27,270 nucleotides of DNA from a virus (IMGVR_UViG_3300032226_000230:1-27270), one strand, 5' to 3'. Shown: positions 8,043-17,817, numbered from the stretch's first letter. Made by a program: numbers and translations. The notes: generated from the letters alone by a model not told the origin.

Positions 8043-9527
8043 TTATTGAGAGGCAATGTTACCAAAAGGCAACCACTGTCCAGGTGTGCCTGCAAATACG
8101 CAAACCCAACCAATAAAACTGTTGGCTTGCGGATTTGAGTTCCAACAAATATCACCTAACAAATAACTTCCAATAGTTGGGCTAGCTGGTCCATTGGTAA
8201 ACCGCTTGTTGCCAATGCTGACATCGCCTGCCACGCTGAAACTCAAACTAGGATCTGGATTGTTTACATTGACACTTAGCGGTCCAAATATCTTTGTTGG
8301 CTTGCTTTGTTGAGTGATATCGCCAATAACAGTTTCTGTACTGTCACTGTAAAACACTTCTTTAGTACCTACCAACAATGTTAGTTTTGAATTTGCAGTT
8401 ACGCTATCGTGTTTGATAGTCAAGGTTTCACTGTCGCTAAACACATTGATCACCGGTGTAGCAACAATGGCAGATTGAATTGACCCGGCCACATGCAAGT
8501 TGCTCAATGTGCCAACGCTGGTCAAACTGGAATTAACTACGCTGGCACCCAGGGTGTCTTGACTTAGAACTGGCAGTGTGTTCACATGATAGCCCTTGCT
8601 GTTGGCCAAATCTATGTGGTCACTGCTGTATATACGGTCTGGCCCTGATAAAAGTGTAAGTTGGTGTGGTGCATCCGCACTCGCCCAAACTAGTCCTAAA
8701 CCGTACACACTGGAAGTTTTTGTAGGTAAGAATTGAATAGGGTGTGTGCGCTCTACTCTATTGTCAGTTTCAATACTGGTGGCAAAAATTGTTCCGTACA
8801 CATTCAACACACCGCCGCCGCCTGCAGGATCACCAATATTAACTTCGCCACTGTTCTTCACAGTGATTCGAGTTTGTCCGTCTGTGGCAATAGCTAGGTC
8901 GTGATTGCTGGCAGTTCCAACTTGTGCCAAATTAACTCTAGGACTACCCAGTGTTATTTCCACGTTGTTGTCTAAAATGGTTAAGGATGCGCTGGGTTCG
9001 TCAGTTCCAATCCCCAGTCTGTTAACTGTGCCGTTGGCAAACAAAAAATCGCCTATGCTGGCATTGCCTGAAACTGACAAGGAATTCAATGTGCCAACTT
9101 CATTGAGACTACTGGTTGTGATACTTGCACCCAACACACCTGCACTCAGTACTGGTGTGTTGTTTATTTTGTAACTGGAGCCTGCACCCAGATCAAAGTT
9201 GCTGTTGGTCCATAATCTACCGCCACCGCGATAAATCAACTGGCTTTGTCCAGTTCCCCAACTCCATGAAAACCCTTTACCATTGATATCGCTTTCTGTG
9301 CTACCCAACCACTGTCCCAGTTGGGTTGAGTCGCCATTTGATGTAATCAAATTGGAAACTACAATAGTGGTTGCTGTCAGCGTGTTCTTGACATTTACGT
9401 TTTCTACATGAGAAATGTCTCCGCCAACATCTACATTGCCCTCGTGCTTGAATTCGCCACGGGTTGTAGTTAATGTCAAGTCGCTTATCGCAACTGTGGT
9501 GTCTTGGATATCAAATAGTTTTGCCAT
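8043..9527 (-). CDS. Tail-fibre-like virion protein
   Basis: G/S/T/N-rich; two VLS...LGAS...SSL..VGTL..L.V repeats; RLGIGT; C-terminal GDICWN..P.....IGWVC...GTPGQW; late-type promoter. Confidence 0.75.
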   Translation of the reverse strand: MAKLFDIQDTTVAISDLTLTTTRGEFKHEGNVDVGGDISHVENVNVKNTLTATTIVVSNLITSNGDSTQLGQWLGSTESDINGKGFSWSWGTGQSQLIYRGGGRLWTNSNFDLGAGSSYKINNTPVLSAGVLGASITTSSLNEVGTLNSLSVSGNASIGDFLFANGTVNRLGIGTDEPSASLTILDNNVEITLGSPRVNLAQVGTASNHDLAIATDGQTRITVKNSGEVNIGDPAGGGGVLNVYGTIFATSIETDNRVERTHPIQFLPTKTSSVYGLGLVWASADAPHQLTLLSGPDRIYSSDHIDLANSKGYHVNTLPVLSQDTLGASVVNSSLTSVGTLSNLHVAGSIQSAIVATPVINVFSDSETLTIKHDSVTANSKLTLLVGTKEVFYSDSTETVIGDITQQSKPTKIFGPLSVNVNNPDPSLSFSVAGDVSIGNKRFTNGPASPTIGSYLLGDICWNSNPQANSFIGWVCVFAGTPGQWLPFGNIASQ

Positions 9528-9562
9528 GGATAAAATACTCTCTTATGGAGTATTTATCCATG
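9525..9562 (-). promoter_or_regulatory. Late promoter GATAAATA inside a 15-bp hairpin that occludes the start codon
   Basis: CATGGATAAATACTC-cataaga-GAGTATTTTATCCATG(start). Confidence 0.75.
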
Positions 9563-9574
9563 TTTTGCTCTAGC

Positions 9575-10765
9575 TTACTGTACTTTTAGAAGAATAGTGT
9601 CTTCGTTAATACGACCATTCATTTTGGTGTCTGTAGCATTGATGTCGTCTAGGAACTTACGCAACTGCACTTTGCCAGCGGCCTTGAATTCCTTGAGCTT
9701 TTCTTCGGGCTTGCGAACAGTCTTTTGAACACTCTTGAACTCGTCAAAGTTCACAATTGTGGTACCTTTGACATTCAGCGTGTTGAACTCACTGGCCACA
9801 TACTTGCCCAGTTTACGTGTTTTGGTGTTGAAGATCCACAATTCACTGCACCCGATGATATCAACAGGATTGATAGACACAAGTTTCAGCGGCTCATTGG
9901 TCTTCATAAACTTGAGTTTGGCAATCAGCTTCTCTTTTGGAACTGCTTTAGTTTTACGTGGAGCACGGTTAACTTTGGCTTCTTGAGCCAGCATGTCACA
10001 AGCCATCATGATCTCGTGATAGAACACAATCAAGTTCTTGATTTGTTTCTTGCTACGGTGGCTGTAGCCCTCACGTAGCTGTTCATCGCCTTTGCCGGAT
10101 GCCAACAGCTCCAACTCTGCTAAATCTTTGCTGTAGAACCCTTTGATGATTCTTGCGTGTGCGGCCTTGACTTCTTTGCCTTTCAGCAAGTTCAGCATCT
10201 TGAATGCCTTTGGATCAAACGCTTCGGGATCAGTTTGAAAACCGTCAATAGCGTCTTCAATTTCCTCAGTCATTCTGTAAGCAGCATCTTTGACACGATC
10301 TTGGATACTGGGTTGCGCAACAACTGGCTTGACTTCAACAACAGTATCTGCATCGATATCGTGTTTGCCCTGCTCAATCACATCCGCAATCTCTTTGCGC
10401 AACCAAGCTGATGTGTCGCGTCCTTGATTGAAGTCTGCACGAACAGCTGGCATACCGCGAAGCAGACAACTGGCAATGGCACCCATTGTGGTGTTGCAAC
10501 GACTGTCTTTGGTTTTCTTAAAAGCCGCAATGTCTGTTTTAGTGCAACCAATTTCGGCCATCCATTTCAAAACCGCTGGTTTCAAATCTTTGTTATTGAA
10601 TTCCAAACGATAGTAAGTCATGGCATTGTGCCAATGGCGAGTGAACTGATCCGCACTCATTGCTTCGACACCGTCCCAAGTTGGGCTGTGATCTTTCACC
10701 GCACGAGTACGATGCGCAATTACTTGCTTTTTGGTTACACGGGTTTTGGTTGCTGCTTTAGCCAA
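9575..10765 (-). CDS. Hypothetical phage protein (396 aa, Lys-rich)
   Basis: Long ORF, TTG start with SD AGGAG and its own sigma70 promoter. Confidence 0.85.
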   Translation of the reverse strand: MAKAATKTRVTKKQVIAHRTRAVKDHSPTWDGVEAMSADQFTRHWHNAMTYYRLEFNNKDLKPAVLKWMAEIGCTKTDIAAFKKTKDSRCNTTMGAIASCLLRGMPAVRADFNQGRDTSAWLRKEIADVIEQGKHDIDADTVVEVKPVVAQPSIQDRVKDAAYRMTEEIEDAIDGFQTDPEAFDPKAFKMLNLLKGKEVKAAHARIIKGFYSKDLAELELLASGKGDEQLREGYSHRSKKQIKNLIVFYHEIMMACDMLAQEAKVNRAPRKTKAVPKEKLIAKLKFMKTNEPLKLVSINPVDIIGCSELWIFNTKTRKLGKYVASEFNTLNVKGTTIVNFDEFKSVQKTVRKPEEKLKEFKAAGKVQLRKFLDDINATDTKMNGRINEDTILLKVQ

Positions 10766-10796
10766 TTTCTGCTCCTGTTAGTTAAACAATACTTAT

Positions 10797-10825
10797 ATTA
10801 TACTGCCAAATACCAGTATAGTCAA
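10797..10825 (-). promoter_or_regulatory. sigma70-like early promoter
   Basis: TTGACT-N17-TATAAT. Confidence 0.8.
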
Positions 10826-10827
10826 CC

Positions 10828-11664
10828 TCAGGTCCACAGTCCCTGCCTAATTTTGATAAGACGAATCATCATTTCTTCATCTTCTTTCTCATAAGCCGCC
10901 TCAATCTTTTGGAGTAGCTTGAGTGCTTTGTCGCTGGCTTTTTTAAGCACTGGATCCTTGTCTCCACTGAAACTCAGTCTGCCACCATTTGCCAAACGAC
11001 TTGCTTCGCAGGCCGCACTCCAACCACTTGCTTCGTACGGGTCTGGGCGATTTGGATAAGTCACAGTCCACCAAGTGTAAAGCTCGATAATTTCCTTAGC
11101 ACTTTTGGCTTGGTATGTGGGTTCTCCAAAACCTTTGCTACCAGGTTCAGCGCCCATGTCTTCTCCAACAACAAGCTCGCTGGCCCATTTCAAATATTCC
11201 ATGCCAGCTTCTGGACTGCGCCATGTGCGCCAGCGTAACCACCCTTTGCGATACCAGGGCACATTGAACTTAGTTTTAGCTTCGTCACTCCACAGGCAGT
11301 GGTGCCATGCTTGTTCTATTTCAACAAAGTTCACCAGCTCATTGAACAAGCAAGGCAAAAAGCGATTGCCCACATCTTGCCATTGTCCGGGTTTGATGTC
11401 ACGGGGATGAGCAGTGAGGCTATGACTGCGACTGACCCAGCGATTGTTGATATAATAGCGTACATCATTTAGTTTGTCTGGAATATAGTAAACAAATTTT
11501 TGAAGATAGTCCAACCCTTCCTCGGCAATCCACCAACGAACGGGATATGCGGCTTTGGCCTTGTCTTCCCACTCGTTCCATTCTTCGCTGGTACCGCACT
11601 TGAGCTTTGTCGTACCTCTAAGCCAATCTGCAAATTTTGAGCATGACCAATAATGACTGCGCAT
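10828..11664 (-). CDS. Hypothetical Trp-rich phage protein
   Basis: 278-aa ORF with SD AAGGA, in operon context. Confidence 0.85.
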   Translation of the reverse strand: MRSHYWSCSKFADWLRGTTKLKCGTSEEWNEWEDKAKAAYPVRWWIAEEGLDYLQKFVYYIPDKLNDVRYYINNRWVSRSHSLTAHPRDIKPGQWQDVGNRFLPCLFNELVNFVEIEQAWHHCLWSDEAKTKFNVPWYRKGWLRWRTWRSPEAGMEYLKWASELVVGEDMGAEPGSKGFGEPTYQAKSAKEIIELYTWWTVTYPNRPDPYEASGWSAACEASRLANGGRLSFSGDKDPVLKKASDKALKLLQKIEAAYEKEDEEMMIRLIKIRQGLWT

Positions 11665-11677
11665 TTTTATTCCTTAA

Positions 11678-12373
11678 TTATTTTCTTTCGCCAAACAACT
11701 GCAACAAGTTCAAGAACAAGTTGATAAAGTCCATGTACAGTGTTAATGCTCCACTAACTTCAGCGGCTGGCGTTGTGTCTACACTGAGTTCCTCACGGAT
11801 ACGTTGTGTGTCGTATGCTGTCAATCCCAAAAAGATGATAATTGCCAATGTACTGATAACCATGGCCATCACACTTGAGCCAATAAAGATGTTCACGATG
11901 CTGGCAATCACAATAGCAATCAATCCCACAAACATCATTTGACCCATTGAGCTTAGATCCTTTTTGGTAAAGTAACCGTAACCGCTCATTACACCAAACA
12001 AGATTGCCGCACCCATAAAAGCACTGACAATTGACCCCATGTTGAACACAGCAAAAATCATTGAAAAGCTCAAGCCCATCAAAGCCGCAAAGCCATGTAG
12101 GCATAACTGTGCCACACCTTTGCTGGGATTATTACCTAGCACATAGCTGACACCAAAAATTGCCGCAAGTGGTGCAAAGATCACAATCCACTTTAGCACA
12201 CCTGTAAAAAAGAATGCCAGCAACTCTGGGGTAGTACCCACAAAATAACTGACCAGCATGGATACAACCACTGCCAAACTCATGTGTCCATACACACGGC
12301 CCATTGCTGAGTTAATTTCTTCTGCTGAGCGATAATTTAAAATACCGCCATTTGTGTAATTTGCACCAAACAT
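11678..12373 (-). CDS. yccA: Bax inhibitor-1/YccA family membrane protein
   Basis: About 7 TM segments; TKKDLS, LTAYDTQRIRE and GALTLYMDFINLFLNLL motifs. Confidence 0.93.
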   Translation of the reverse strand: MFGANYTNGGILNYRSAEEINSAMGRVYGHMSLAVVVSMLVSYFVGTTPELLAFFFTGVLKWIVIFAPLAAIFGVSYVLGNNPSKGVAQLCLHGFAALMGLSFSMIFAVFNMGSIVSAFMGAAILFGVMSGYGYFTKKDLSSMGQMMFVGLIAIVIASIVNIFIGSSVMAMVISTLAIIIFLGLTAYDTQRIREELSVDTTPAAEVSGALTLYMDFINLFLNLLQLFGERK

Positions 12374-12384
12374 ATCAATCTCCT

Positions 12385-12750
12385 TTAAACGAATGGTTTG
12401 AGGTTGGGAGGCACCCAGCCCACGGGTTTCAAAACTTTGCCATCTTCACGCTTGCGAACCTTGCCAGTGTCTTTGTCAATTTTGGCAAAGTTGGTTTGCA
12501 TGACTTCTTTCCATGCACCTTCTGCATCACTGCCCATGCTATGAATAGCACCAATAGTAACAACTAGAATGTCAATAAGAGCATCCAGTGTTTCTACTTG
12601 GTCATGCGCTCGAATAGCATCGGCAAGTTCGTTTGCTTCTTCTTCAATTAAACTGATGTACAAATTGAATTGTTTTTGGTCAAACTCGCCGCCGACTGTT
12701 TGGTCGCAGGCTTTCATAAATTTTTCTTGATCTCTAAACGGGTTTGTCAT
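12385..12750 (-). CDS. MazG-like/PRA-PH family NTP pyrophosphohydrolase
   Basis: LIEEEANEL, DALIDILVV, EVMQTNFAK and REDGKVLKPVGW motifs. Confidence 0.88.
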   Translation of the reverse strand: MTNPFRDQEKFMKACDQTVGGEFDQKQFNLYISLIEEEANELADAIRAHDQVETLDALIDILVVTIGAIHSMGSDAEGAWKEVMQTNFAKIDKDTGKVRKREDGKVLKPVGWVPPNLKPFV

Positions 12751-12950
12751 TATGCCATCCTATCTACGTTTTGTCCAACCGCATGATTCATCATCCGAGC
12801 CATCTCAATACGTTTTTGTTCGTTGATTTCTTTTTCATATTTGATACGACGTTCTTCTAATCTAAGTTCTTCGTGTCGCTTGTCCAACTTTTTAACTTCC
12901 ATCTGTCGATACATCTCTGCATTTTGTGCAGTAACTCTACTCACAGTCAT
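12750..12950 (-). CDS. Hypothetical charged coiled-coil protein
   Basis: 66-aa ORF translationally coupled on both sides; C-terminal GQNVDRMA. Confidence 0.7.
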   Translation of the reverse strand: MTVSRVTAQNAEMYRQMEVKKLDKRHEELRLEERRIKYEKEINEQKRIEMARMMNHAVGQNVDRMA

Positions 12951-13195
12951 ATTGCATTTCCTTTATTTAAAGATTTAAATGAAGGCCCATTGCCTTCTTG
13001 ACAAGGAATTGGAGAGCCCGAGTTGTCTAACAACATGGATCCCCAAACTCGACTACCTTCTTTGAATCTCACAAAAACTTTACCGTATGCGCAAAAAGTG
13101 CTGGCTTGGGTATCGGGTTCGTCCAAGTCCATGGTCCAAACAATTAATCCCATGCACAAAGCAACTGACAGCAAAAAAAGTTTTGTTGTTCTCAT
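12947..13195 (-). CDS. Hypothetical membrane-anchored protein
   Basis: N-terminal hydrophobic segment, Cys pair, coupled to the ligase stop. Confidence 0.7.
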   Translation of the reverse strand: MRTTKLFLLSVALCMGLIVWTMDLDEPDTQASTFCAYGKVFVRFKEGSRVWGSMLLDNSGSPIPCQEGNGPSFKSLNKGNAI

Positions 13196-14515
13196 TTAAA
13201 TTTTTTCACCAACTTCAAATCCTCTAAATCCTTTGAAACGTGGAAAGCGCAAACTGTAAGTGCCGTCTTGATTTTGTGTAACTGCGTCAGCACGTACCTC
13301 GACTATTTGACCAGGTAGTTTATCACGTGACACCCAAAAAGAATTACGATCACTATCAGTAAAACCCGAGCCCACGTTAACTCGTATTGCTTTTCCATCG
13401 TCGATTCCTTCGCATACAACTGCTCCAAGTCGTCCAATATTTTTTCCTGTTCCTTCTTCAACATCCACAACCTCTAGTGATACTTCAATGAAAGGCTTTA
13501 ACTTGAGCCATGCCACACTGCGTTTGCATTCGTAAGGTGCTTCTGGATCTTTAAGCATAATGCCTTCGTATCCGCCTGCAATTGCTTTGGCATTGATTTC
13601 TTTATAACGCAATTGGCCTTCTGTGGTATCCAAATCAACAAGCTCGTGACCCACAACTGACACGTTGGGCAACACATCTTTGTGTTGTTTGTGCCAATAG
13701 TAAACCATTGCACTACGATCTTCTTGGCGTTTGTTGCAAATGCCCGATTCAAATTCCGCAAGCGACAACACATCAAACAGGTTAAGAACCGCATCGTTGG
13801 CTTTGACATCGCTCTTGCGATGCACTTGGGTCATCAAGTCTTGGAAACTGCTACTCATGATCTCACCATCCAATATCAAATCATATGGTGGAGGATTTTG
13901 TTTAACCACTGCACTGATCTGTTCCACCACATGCGGAAAGTTCAAAAGTTCTTTGCCATTGCGACTGAACATATCCACACGACCGTCAACACGCACAACA
14001 GTGATAACCCTAACTCCGTCCAATTTGACTTCGATATATTTTTTGCCAATGACTTTGGATTCGTGATTGGCACTGTCGTGCGCCAGCTGACAACCAAAAA
14101 TTGGAATAGCATACGAACTGTATTTTTTCTCTACTACTTTGTTGATTGTTTTTTCACTAAATCCTGCACGTAAATCTTTTATAAGAATACGGCGGTACCA
14201 ACCATTCCATTCTTGCTTAGTTGCCAGCTTTATAGCTTCAGCAATGGCATCGCGAGCATCGTGGCCGGTGAGGTTACGATTGCGTAAACCGCTAGCAAGC
14301 ACAATAAAACTATCCCAATTGAACCCAGGGCCGTCTTCATCTTTTTTCTCCAGAACTTGTTTAACACCAAAGGTAACCATGGGGTCCAATGCCAGCCGGC
14401 ACCCGTGAAAGAATTCATCGTTGCCTTCTTGGGCAATGGCTTCGATGATGGCTTCTTTGTTTAGGCGGCTTGGATGACTTTCCAAACTCCAAATGTGACT
14501 GGCACAATTACTCAT
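13196..14515 (-). CDS. ATP-dependent DNA ligase
   Basis: EVKLDGVR (KxDG), LDGEI, FDVL, EGIMLK, WLKLKP, VGSGFTD and SLRFPRF motifs. Confidence 0.97.
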   Translation of the reverse strand: MSNCASHIWSLESHPSRLNKEAIIEAIAQEGNDEFFHGCRLALDPMVTFGVKQVLEKKDEDGPGFNWDSFIVLASGLRNRNLTGHDARDAIAEAIKLATKQEWNGWYRRILIKDLRAGFSEKTINKVVEKKYSSYAIPIFGCQLAHDSANHESKVIGKKYIEVKLDGVRVITVVRVDGRVDMFSRNGKELLNFPHVVEQISAVVKQNPPPYDLILDGEIMSSSFQDLMTQVHRKSDVKANDAVLNLFDVLSLAEFESGICNKRQEDRSAMVYYWHKQHKDVLPNVSVVGHELVDLDTTEGQLRYKEINAKAIAGGYEGIMLKDPEAPYECKRSVAWLKLKPFIEVSLEVVDVEEGTGKNIGRLGAVVCEGIDDGKAIRVNVGSGFTDSDRNSFWVSRDKLPGQIVEVRADAVTQNQDGTYSLRFPRFKGFRGFEVGEKI

Positions 14516-14546
14516 GTTAACCTCATTAATTGCTGTATAAGTGTAT

Positions 14547-14575
14547 ATTATACAGAGTAATTATCAGTATGTCAA
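14547..14575 (-). promoter_or_regulatory. sigma70-like early promoter of the ligase operon
   Basis: TTGACA-N17-TATAAT (perfect consensus). Confidence 0.85.
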
Positions 14576-15289
14576 GTGATTTGTAGTCTTAAATGGCTTG
14601 CCGTCAGCGGCATTTTCCAAATTGCGCAAGATCAGATTTCTCATTCTGCGAATAATCGGATGATTGTGATTCCAGTTGAACACTTTTAAGTAATCATTCC
14701 AGGTGGAGTTTTTGTGTCGACGGCATTGATTTGAATCCAAATAATGGGCAATAGCAGTAGGATCGTACCCAAATCTATCAACCAATTCACAAGCACAATT
14801 AAATGCATGTGCGCCCATTTCATCTCTATCGCCGTAGTACTCTTGTTGTTTACGCTCTTTGGCGTACTCTGCTGTACTTTGGTATCCTGGGATTGCTTTG
14901 AAGTTGCGGCTGCGAAATTGTCTCATGTGTACCACTTCATGCAGTACCACATCGGCAAACCGCACAGCCATGCGCTTGAATCTGTGTTGTGTGAGTTTTA
15001 ATTTGGCATCCGCAGGATTGTAGTTAAAATTGACTTCAATCGAAGACTTGCCCTCTTTATCCAATAGGCTGTAATAAACACCTCCCATGAACACAAATCC
15101 AGGAGTAGTGGGAGCATGTATGCACTTTTTAAGTTTCAAAGGTATATGTGCTTTGATGTGCTTGTTGATGCGTTTTTGTATTTGATTAGGAGACAGCTCT
15201 TTGCCCACTATTTCACTGTTAAGCGAATAGAACATAGAGTACAAATTACTGCGGGTTAATTCCGACCAATCGAATGGTAACTGGGCCAT
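14564..15289 (-). CDS. HExxH (gluzincin-like) putative metallopeptidase, paralog A
   Basis: LHEVVHMRQ ... YYGDRDEMGAHA. Confidence 0.75.
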   Translation of the reverse strand: MAQLPFDWSELTRSNLYSMFYSLNSEIVGKELSPNQIQKRINKHIKAHIPLKLKKCIHAPTTPGFVFMGGVYYSLLDKEGKSSIEVNFNYNPADAKLKLTQHRFKRMAVRFADVVLHEVVHMRQFRSRNFKAIPGYQSTAEYAKERKQQEYYGDRDEMGAHAFNCACELVDRFGYDPTAIAHYLDSNQCRRHKNSTWNDYLKVFNWNHNHPIIRRMRNLILRNLENAADGKPFKTTNHLTY

Positions 15290-15327
15290 AGTACACTCCT
15301 AACATACGTATTTATAGTGTACTACGG
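15286..15327 (-). promoter_or_regulatory. T4-type late promoter TATAAATA within a 12-bp hairpin that sequesters the ATG and part of the SD
   Basis: CCGTAGTACACT-ataaatacgtatgttagg-AGTGTACTATGG. Confidence 0.78.
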
Positions 15328-15347
15328 ATTTCAGTTATGTATGTACT

Positions 15348-15938
15348 TTATGAGCGTTTTGTGATAATTTCGTCAATCAAACCGTATTCTAGGGCTTCCT
15401 GCGCACTCATGTATTTGTCACGTTCCATATCTTGTTTAAGCTGTTCAAAGGTTTTGCCCTTTGAATTGTGATTCACATAGATTTGAGTCAGATTCTTTTT
15501 CATCTTTAGAATCTCTTCAACCTGGATTTCCATGTCAGTAGCCTGTCCACCTGCGCCACCGCTTGGTTGATGAATCATGTGTCTTGCACTTGGCAACATC
15601 TTTCGCTTGCCAGCCGCCCCAGCAGTGGCCAACAAACTGCCCATACTACAGGCTTGGCCCATGACCACTGTGCAAACATCGGGTTTGATGAATTGCATGG
15701 TATCGTAAATGGCCATACCTGCGGTAACCATTCCGCCAGGACTGTTGATGAACATGGTAATGTCTTCATTTCCTTGACTTTCTAAAAACAGCAATTGTGC
15801 CACTAGCAAACTGGAACTATGTTCGTTAACATCGGTGTCTAGCATGACAATTCGATCTTTTAGTAAGCGACTGTAAATGTCGTAACTGCGTTCTCCGCGA
15901 GCTTCTTGCTCAATAACCATTGGTACTAAATTAGGCAT
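15348..15938 (-). CDS. clpP: ATP-dependent Clp protease proteolytic subunit
   Basis: [25 protein letters not shown] (catalytic Ser), MIHQP (His) and ERDKYM (Asp) motifs. Confidence 0.97.
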   Translation of the reverse strand: MPNLVPMVIEQEARGERSYDIYSRLLKDRIVMLDTDVNEHSSSLLVAQLLFLESQGNEDITMFINSPGGMVTAGMAIYDTMQFIKPDVCTVVMGQACSMGSLLATAGAAGKRKMLPSARHMIHQPSGGAGGQATDMEIQVEEILKMKKNLTQIYVNHNSKGKTFEQLKQDMERDKYMSAQEALEYGLIDEIITKRS

Positions 15939-16380
15939 TTTCTTCCTTGTGTAATTGTTGCTGATATAGTTCCAGCTGATCTATAAGATTTTGTACACCA
16001 TGATAATTCATAGTAAGGGTAGTATAACCCATTCTGAGAGTTACACGATTGTCGTCAGTATGGCCAATACTGTAATATGTGGTTGGATCCTTTTCCTTAG
16101 GAGCAGTAGGCTCAACTGGTGCCACTGCTTTAGGAGCAGGAAACGGTACAACATTTCCTGGCATTTTATTTTTTTTAAACAAATCAAACATCACGGGCTC
16201 CATGTTAAAATAACGAGCTACTGGTGGACACCAAAGCGGTACACTAAGAACCAGTACAAATCCTAGTGTAGCAAGTTCTGGTTGGGCGGCATGTGTAAAT
16301 GCAAGGTACATGCCCGCCCAGAAGTAGACAAAGCCTGTCCAGAATAAGTAGTATCCACTACTACGTCCAAACAGCTTCAT
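15931..16380 (-). CDS. Hypothetical protein, two N-terminal TM helices plus a soluble C-terminal domain
   Basis: Hydrophobic N-terminal 60 aa, Pro-rich linker, coupled to clpP. Confidence 0.75.
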   Translation of the reverse strand: MKLFGRSSGYYLFWTGFVYFWAGMYLAFTHAAQPELATLGFVLVLSVPLWCPPVARYFNMEPVMFDLFKKNKMPGNVVPFPAPKAVAPVEPTAPKEKDPTTYYSIGHTDDNRVTLRMGYTTLTMNYHGVQNLIDQLELYQQQLHKEENA

Positions 16381-16381
16381 A

Positions 16382-17191
16382 TTACTTGCCTACGTTAACA
16401 TTGGCGCCACTACCAATAACCAAAGTTTGACCTTTGAACTGAGCAATAGCATCTGCTACCTTCAAAGCCGCATCAGCTTGTTTCATACGAGCCTGTGCGT
16501 CCATGTATTGGATAGCACCTGCGTTTGTGTTAAGCGCCGCAATACGACGAGCCTCTGCTTCAGCAGTCTTAACTTCAACTTCTTTCTGCTTGAGTTCGTT
16601 CTTGGCCTTGACCAATTCGTTAGCACTTGCCACAACTGAGTCAGCTGGTACAATGTTACGAATCAACACTTGTCCAACAACCAAACTGCCGTCGAGTTTT
16701 TCTTCTGCCAAACTCTTTTGGATCTGCTCTTTGATAGCCTGCTCCATTGATTGACGTGCATCGGCCATGTCCAATGCTTCGTACTTGCGAGCTTCTTTGT
16801 AGATAGCGTTACGAGTAGTTTGAACAATATAGTTATACATCAAGTAAATGTCGCCATTGTGACGAGCATGAAATGCTTGACTCTTTTGGCTGTACAGTTC
16901 GGCAACCTGTGCCTGGTTAATGTTATAGATAACCACAGCATCAAAGTCTTTCATGGTGCTGTTGTCTTTGGCAACAGGAGTCATGTCGTCCAGTTTGACG
17001 TTGACGTCTTTGATTGGAAATGTAAGCACATCGCCGATGATAGTTTGGTTGAAAGAACCTGGTAGCAATTCACCTTGCTGTACCTGCTTATCAAAGCCGA
17101 CTCGAACACCAACTTCACCAGTTTCAATACGAGTACAACCAGTTGCCAGCACAGCCGCGGCAAGAACGGAAAGAGTCAAAATACGTTTCAT
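16382..17191 (-). CDS. SPFH/band-7 (prohibitin-like) lipoprotein
   Basis: Lipobox LATGC, RIETGEVGVR, C-terminal AEAEARR coiled coil. Confidence 0.9.
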   Translation of the reverse strand: MKRILTLSVLAAAVLATGCTRIETGEVGVRVGFDKQVQQGELLPGSFNQTIIGDVLTFPIKDVNVKLDDMTPVAKDNSTMKDFDAVVIYNINQAQVAELYSQKSQAFHARHNGDIYLMYNYIVQTTRNAIYKEARKYEALDMADARQSMEQAIKEQIQKSLAEEKLDGSLVVGQVLIRNIVPADSVVASANELVKAKNELKQKEVEVKTAEAEARRIAALNTNAGAIQYMDAQARMKQADAALKVADAIAQFKGQTLVIGSGANVNVGK

Positions 17192-17200
17192 TGTGTTTCC

Positions 17201-17377
17201 TTAAAATAAAATAACGATTGCAGTCATCGCTAGAACAACTAGCAATGACACAAGTGTACTATACGCAATGGACTTTGTCAAGGTCCAACGCTCTTTACCA
17301 TCCATCTTTCTAACAGCAGTAATGCCAAAGTGAACAATAACAGCAAGTATGATAAATGCCAACCAAAGTTTAATCAT
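17201..17377 (-). CDS. Small 2-TM membrane protein (58 aa), not in ORF track
   Basis: MIKLWLAFIILAVIVHFGITAVRKMDGKERWTLTKSIAYSTLVSLLVVLAMTAIVILF; ATGA overlap with the upstream gene. Confidence 0.8.
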   Translation of the reverse strand: MIKLWLAFIILAVIVHFGITAVRKMDGKERWTLTKSIAYSTLVSLLVVLAMTAIVILF

Positions 17378-17817
17378 TTGGGCAACTCATATGTTTTGGC
17401 AAAGATATCTTTCTTCACCACGCCATAGTCACCGGCGCCGTGTCGAACAATGTAATCCTCGCCTTTGGTGTAATTCAAGTCGCCCCAGGATGCTTTTACT
17501 ACACCACTGTGATCTGCCAGTTTGGCATGTTTGTGAATTTTCTTAGGAGTAGCAGTGCCATCTTCGTTGTCGTCGTAGTACTCAGCAAACTTTTTAGGGT
17601 TAACTGGATACTGCTCGCCTTTAGGGCCAGTAATAATCTTATGGCCTGCTTGGTAATCTACCGGACCTTCCAAGGTCTCAATAGTACCGGGTGCTGTAGC
17701 TGTTTTGTAATGTATGGGTGTAGGATGCTTATAGGTTTCGAAACTACCGTGAGCAAACCACTCATCGGTAATTTCTTTGTCCATAGATTCTACAATGTTA
17801 ATGTACTCACGAATCAT
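17374..17817 (-). CDS. PGDYG-like protein with a duplicated small beta domain
   Basis: TLEGPVDYQAGHKIITGPKGEQYPV..KKFAEYY and SWGDLNYTKGEDYIVRHGAGDYGVVKKDIFAKTY. Confidence 0.75.
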   Translation of the reverse strand: MIREYINIVESMDKEITDEWFAHGSFETYKHPTPIHYKTATAPGTIETLEGPVDYQAGHKIITGPKGEQYPVNPKKFAEYYDDNEDGTATPKKIHKHAKLADHSGVVKASWGDLNYTKGEDYIVRHGAGDYGVVKKDIFAKTYELPK

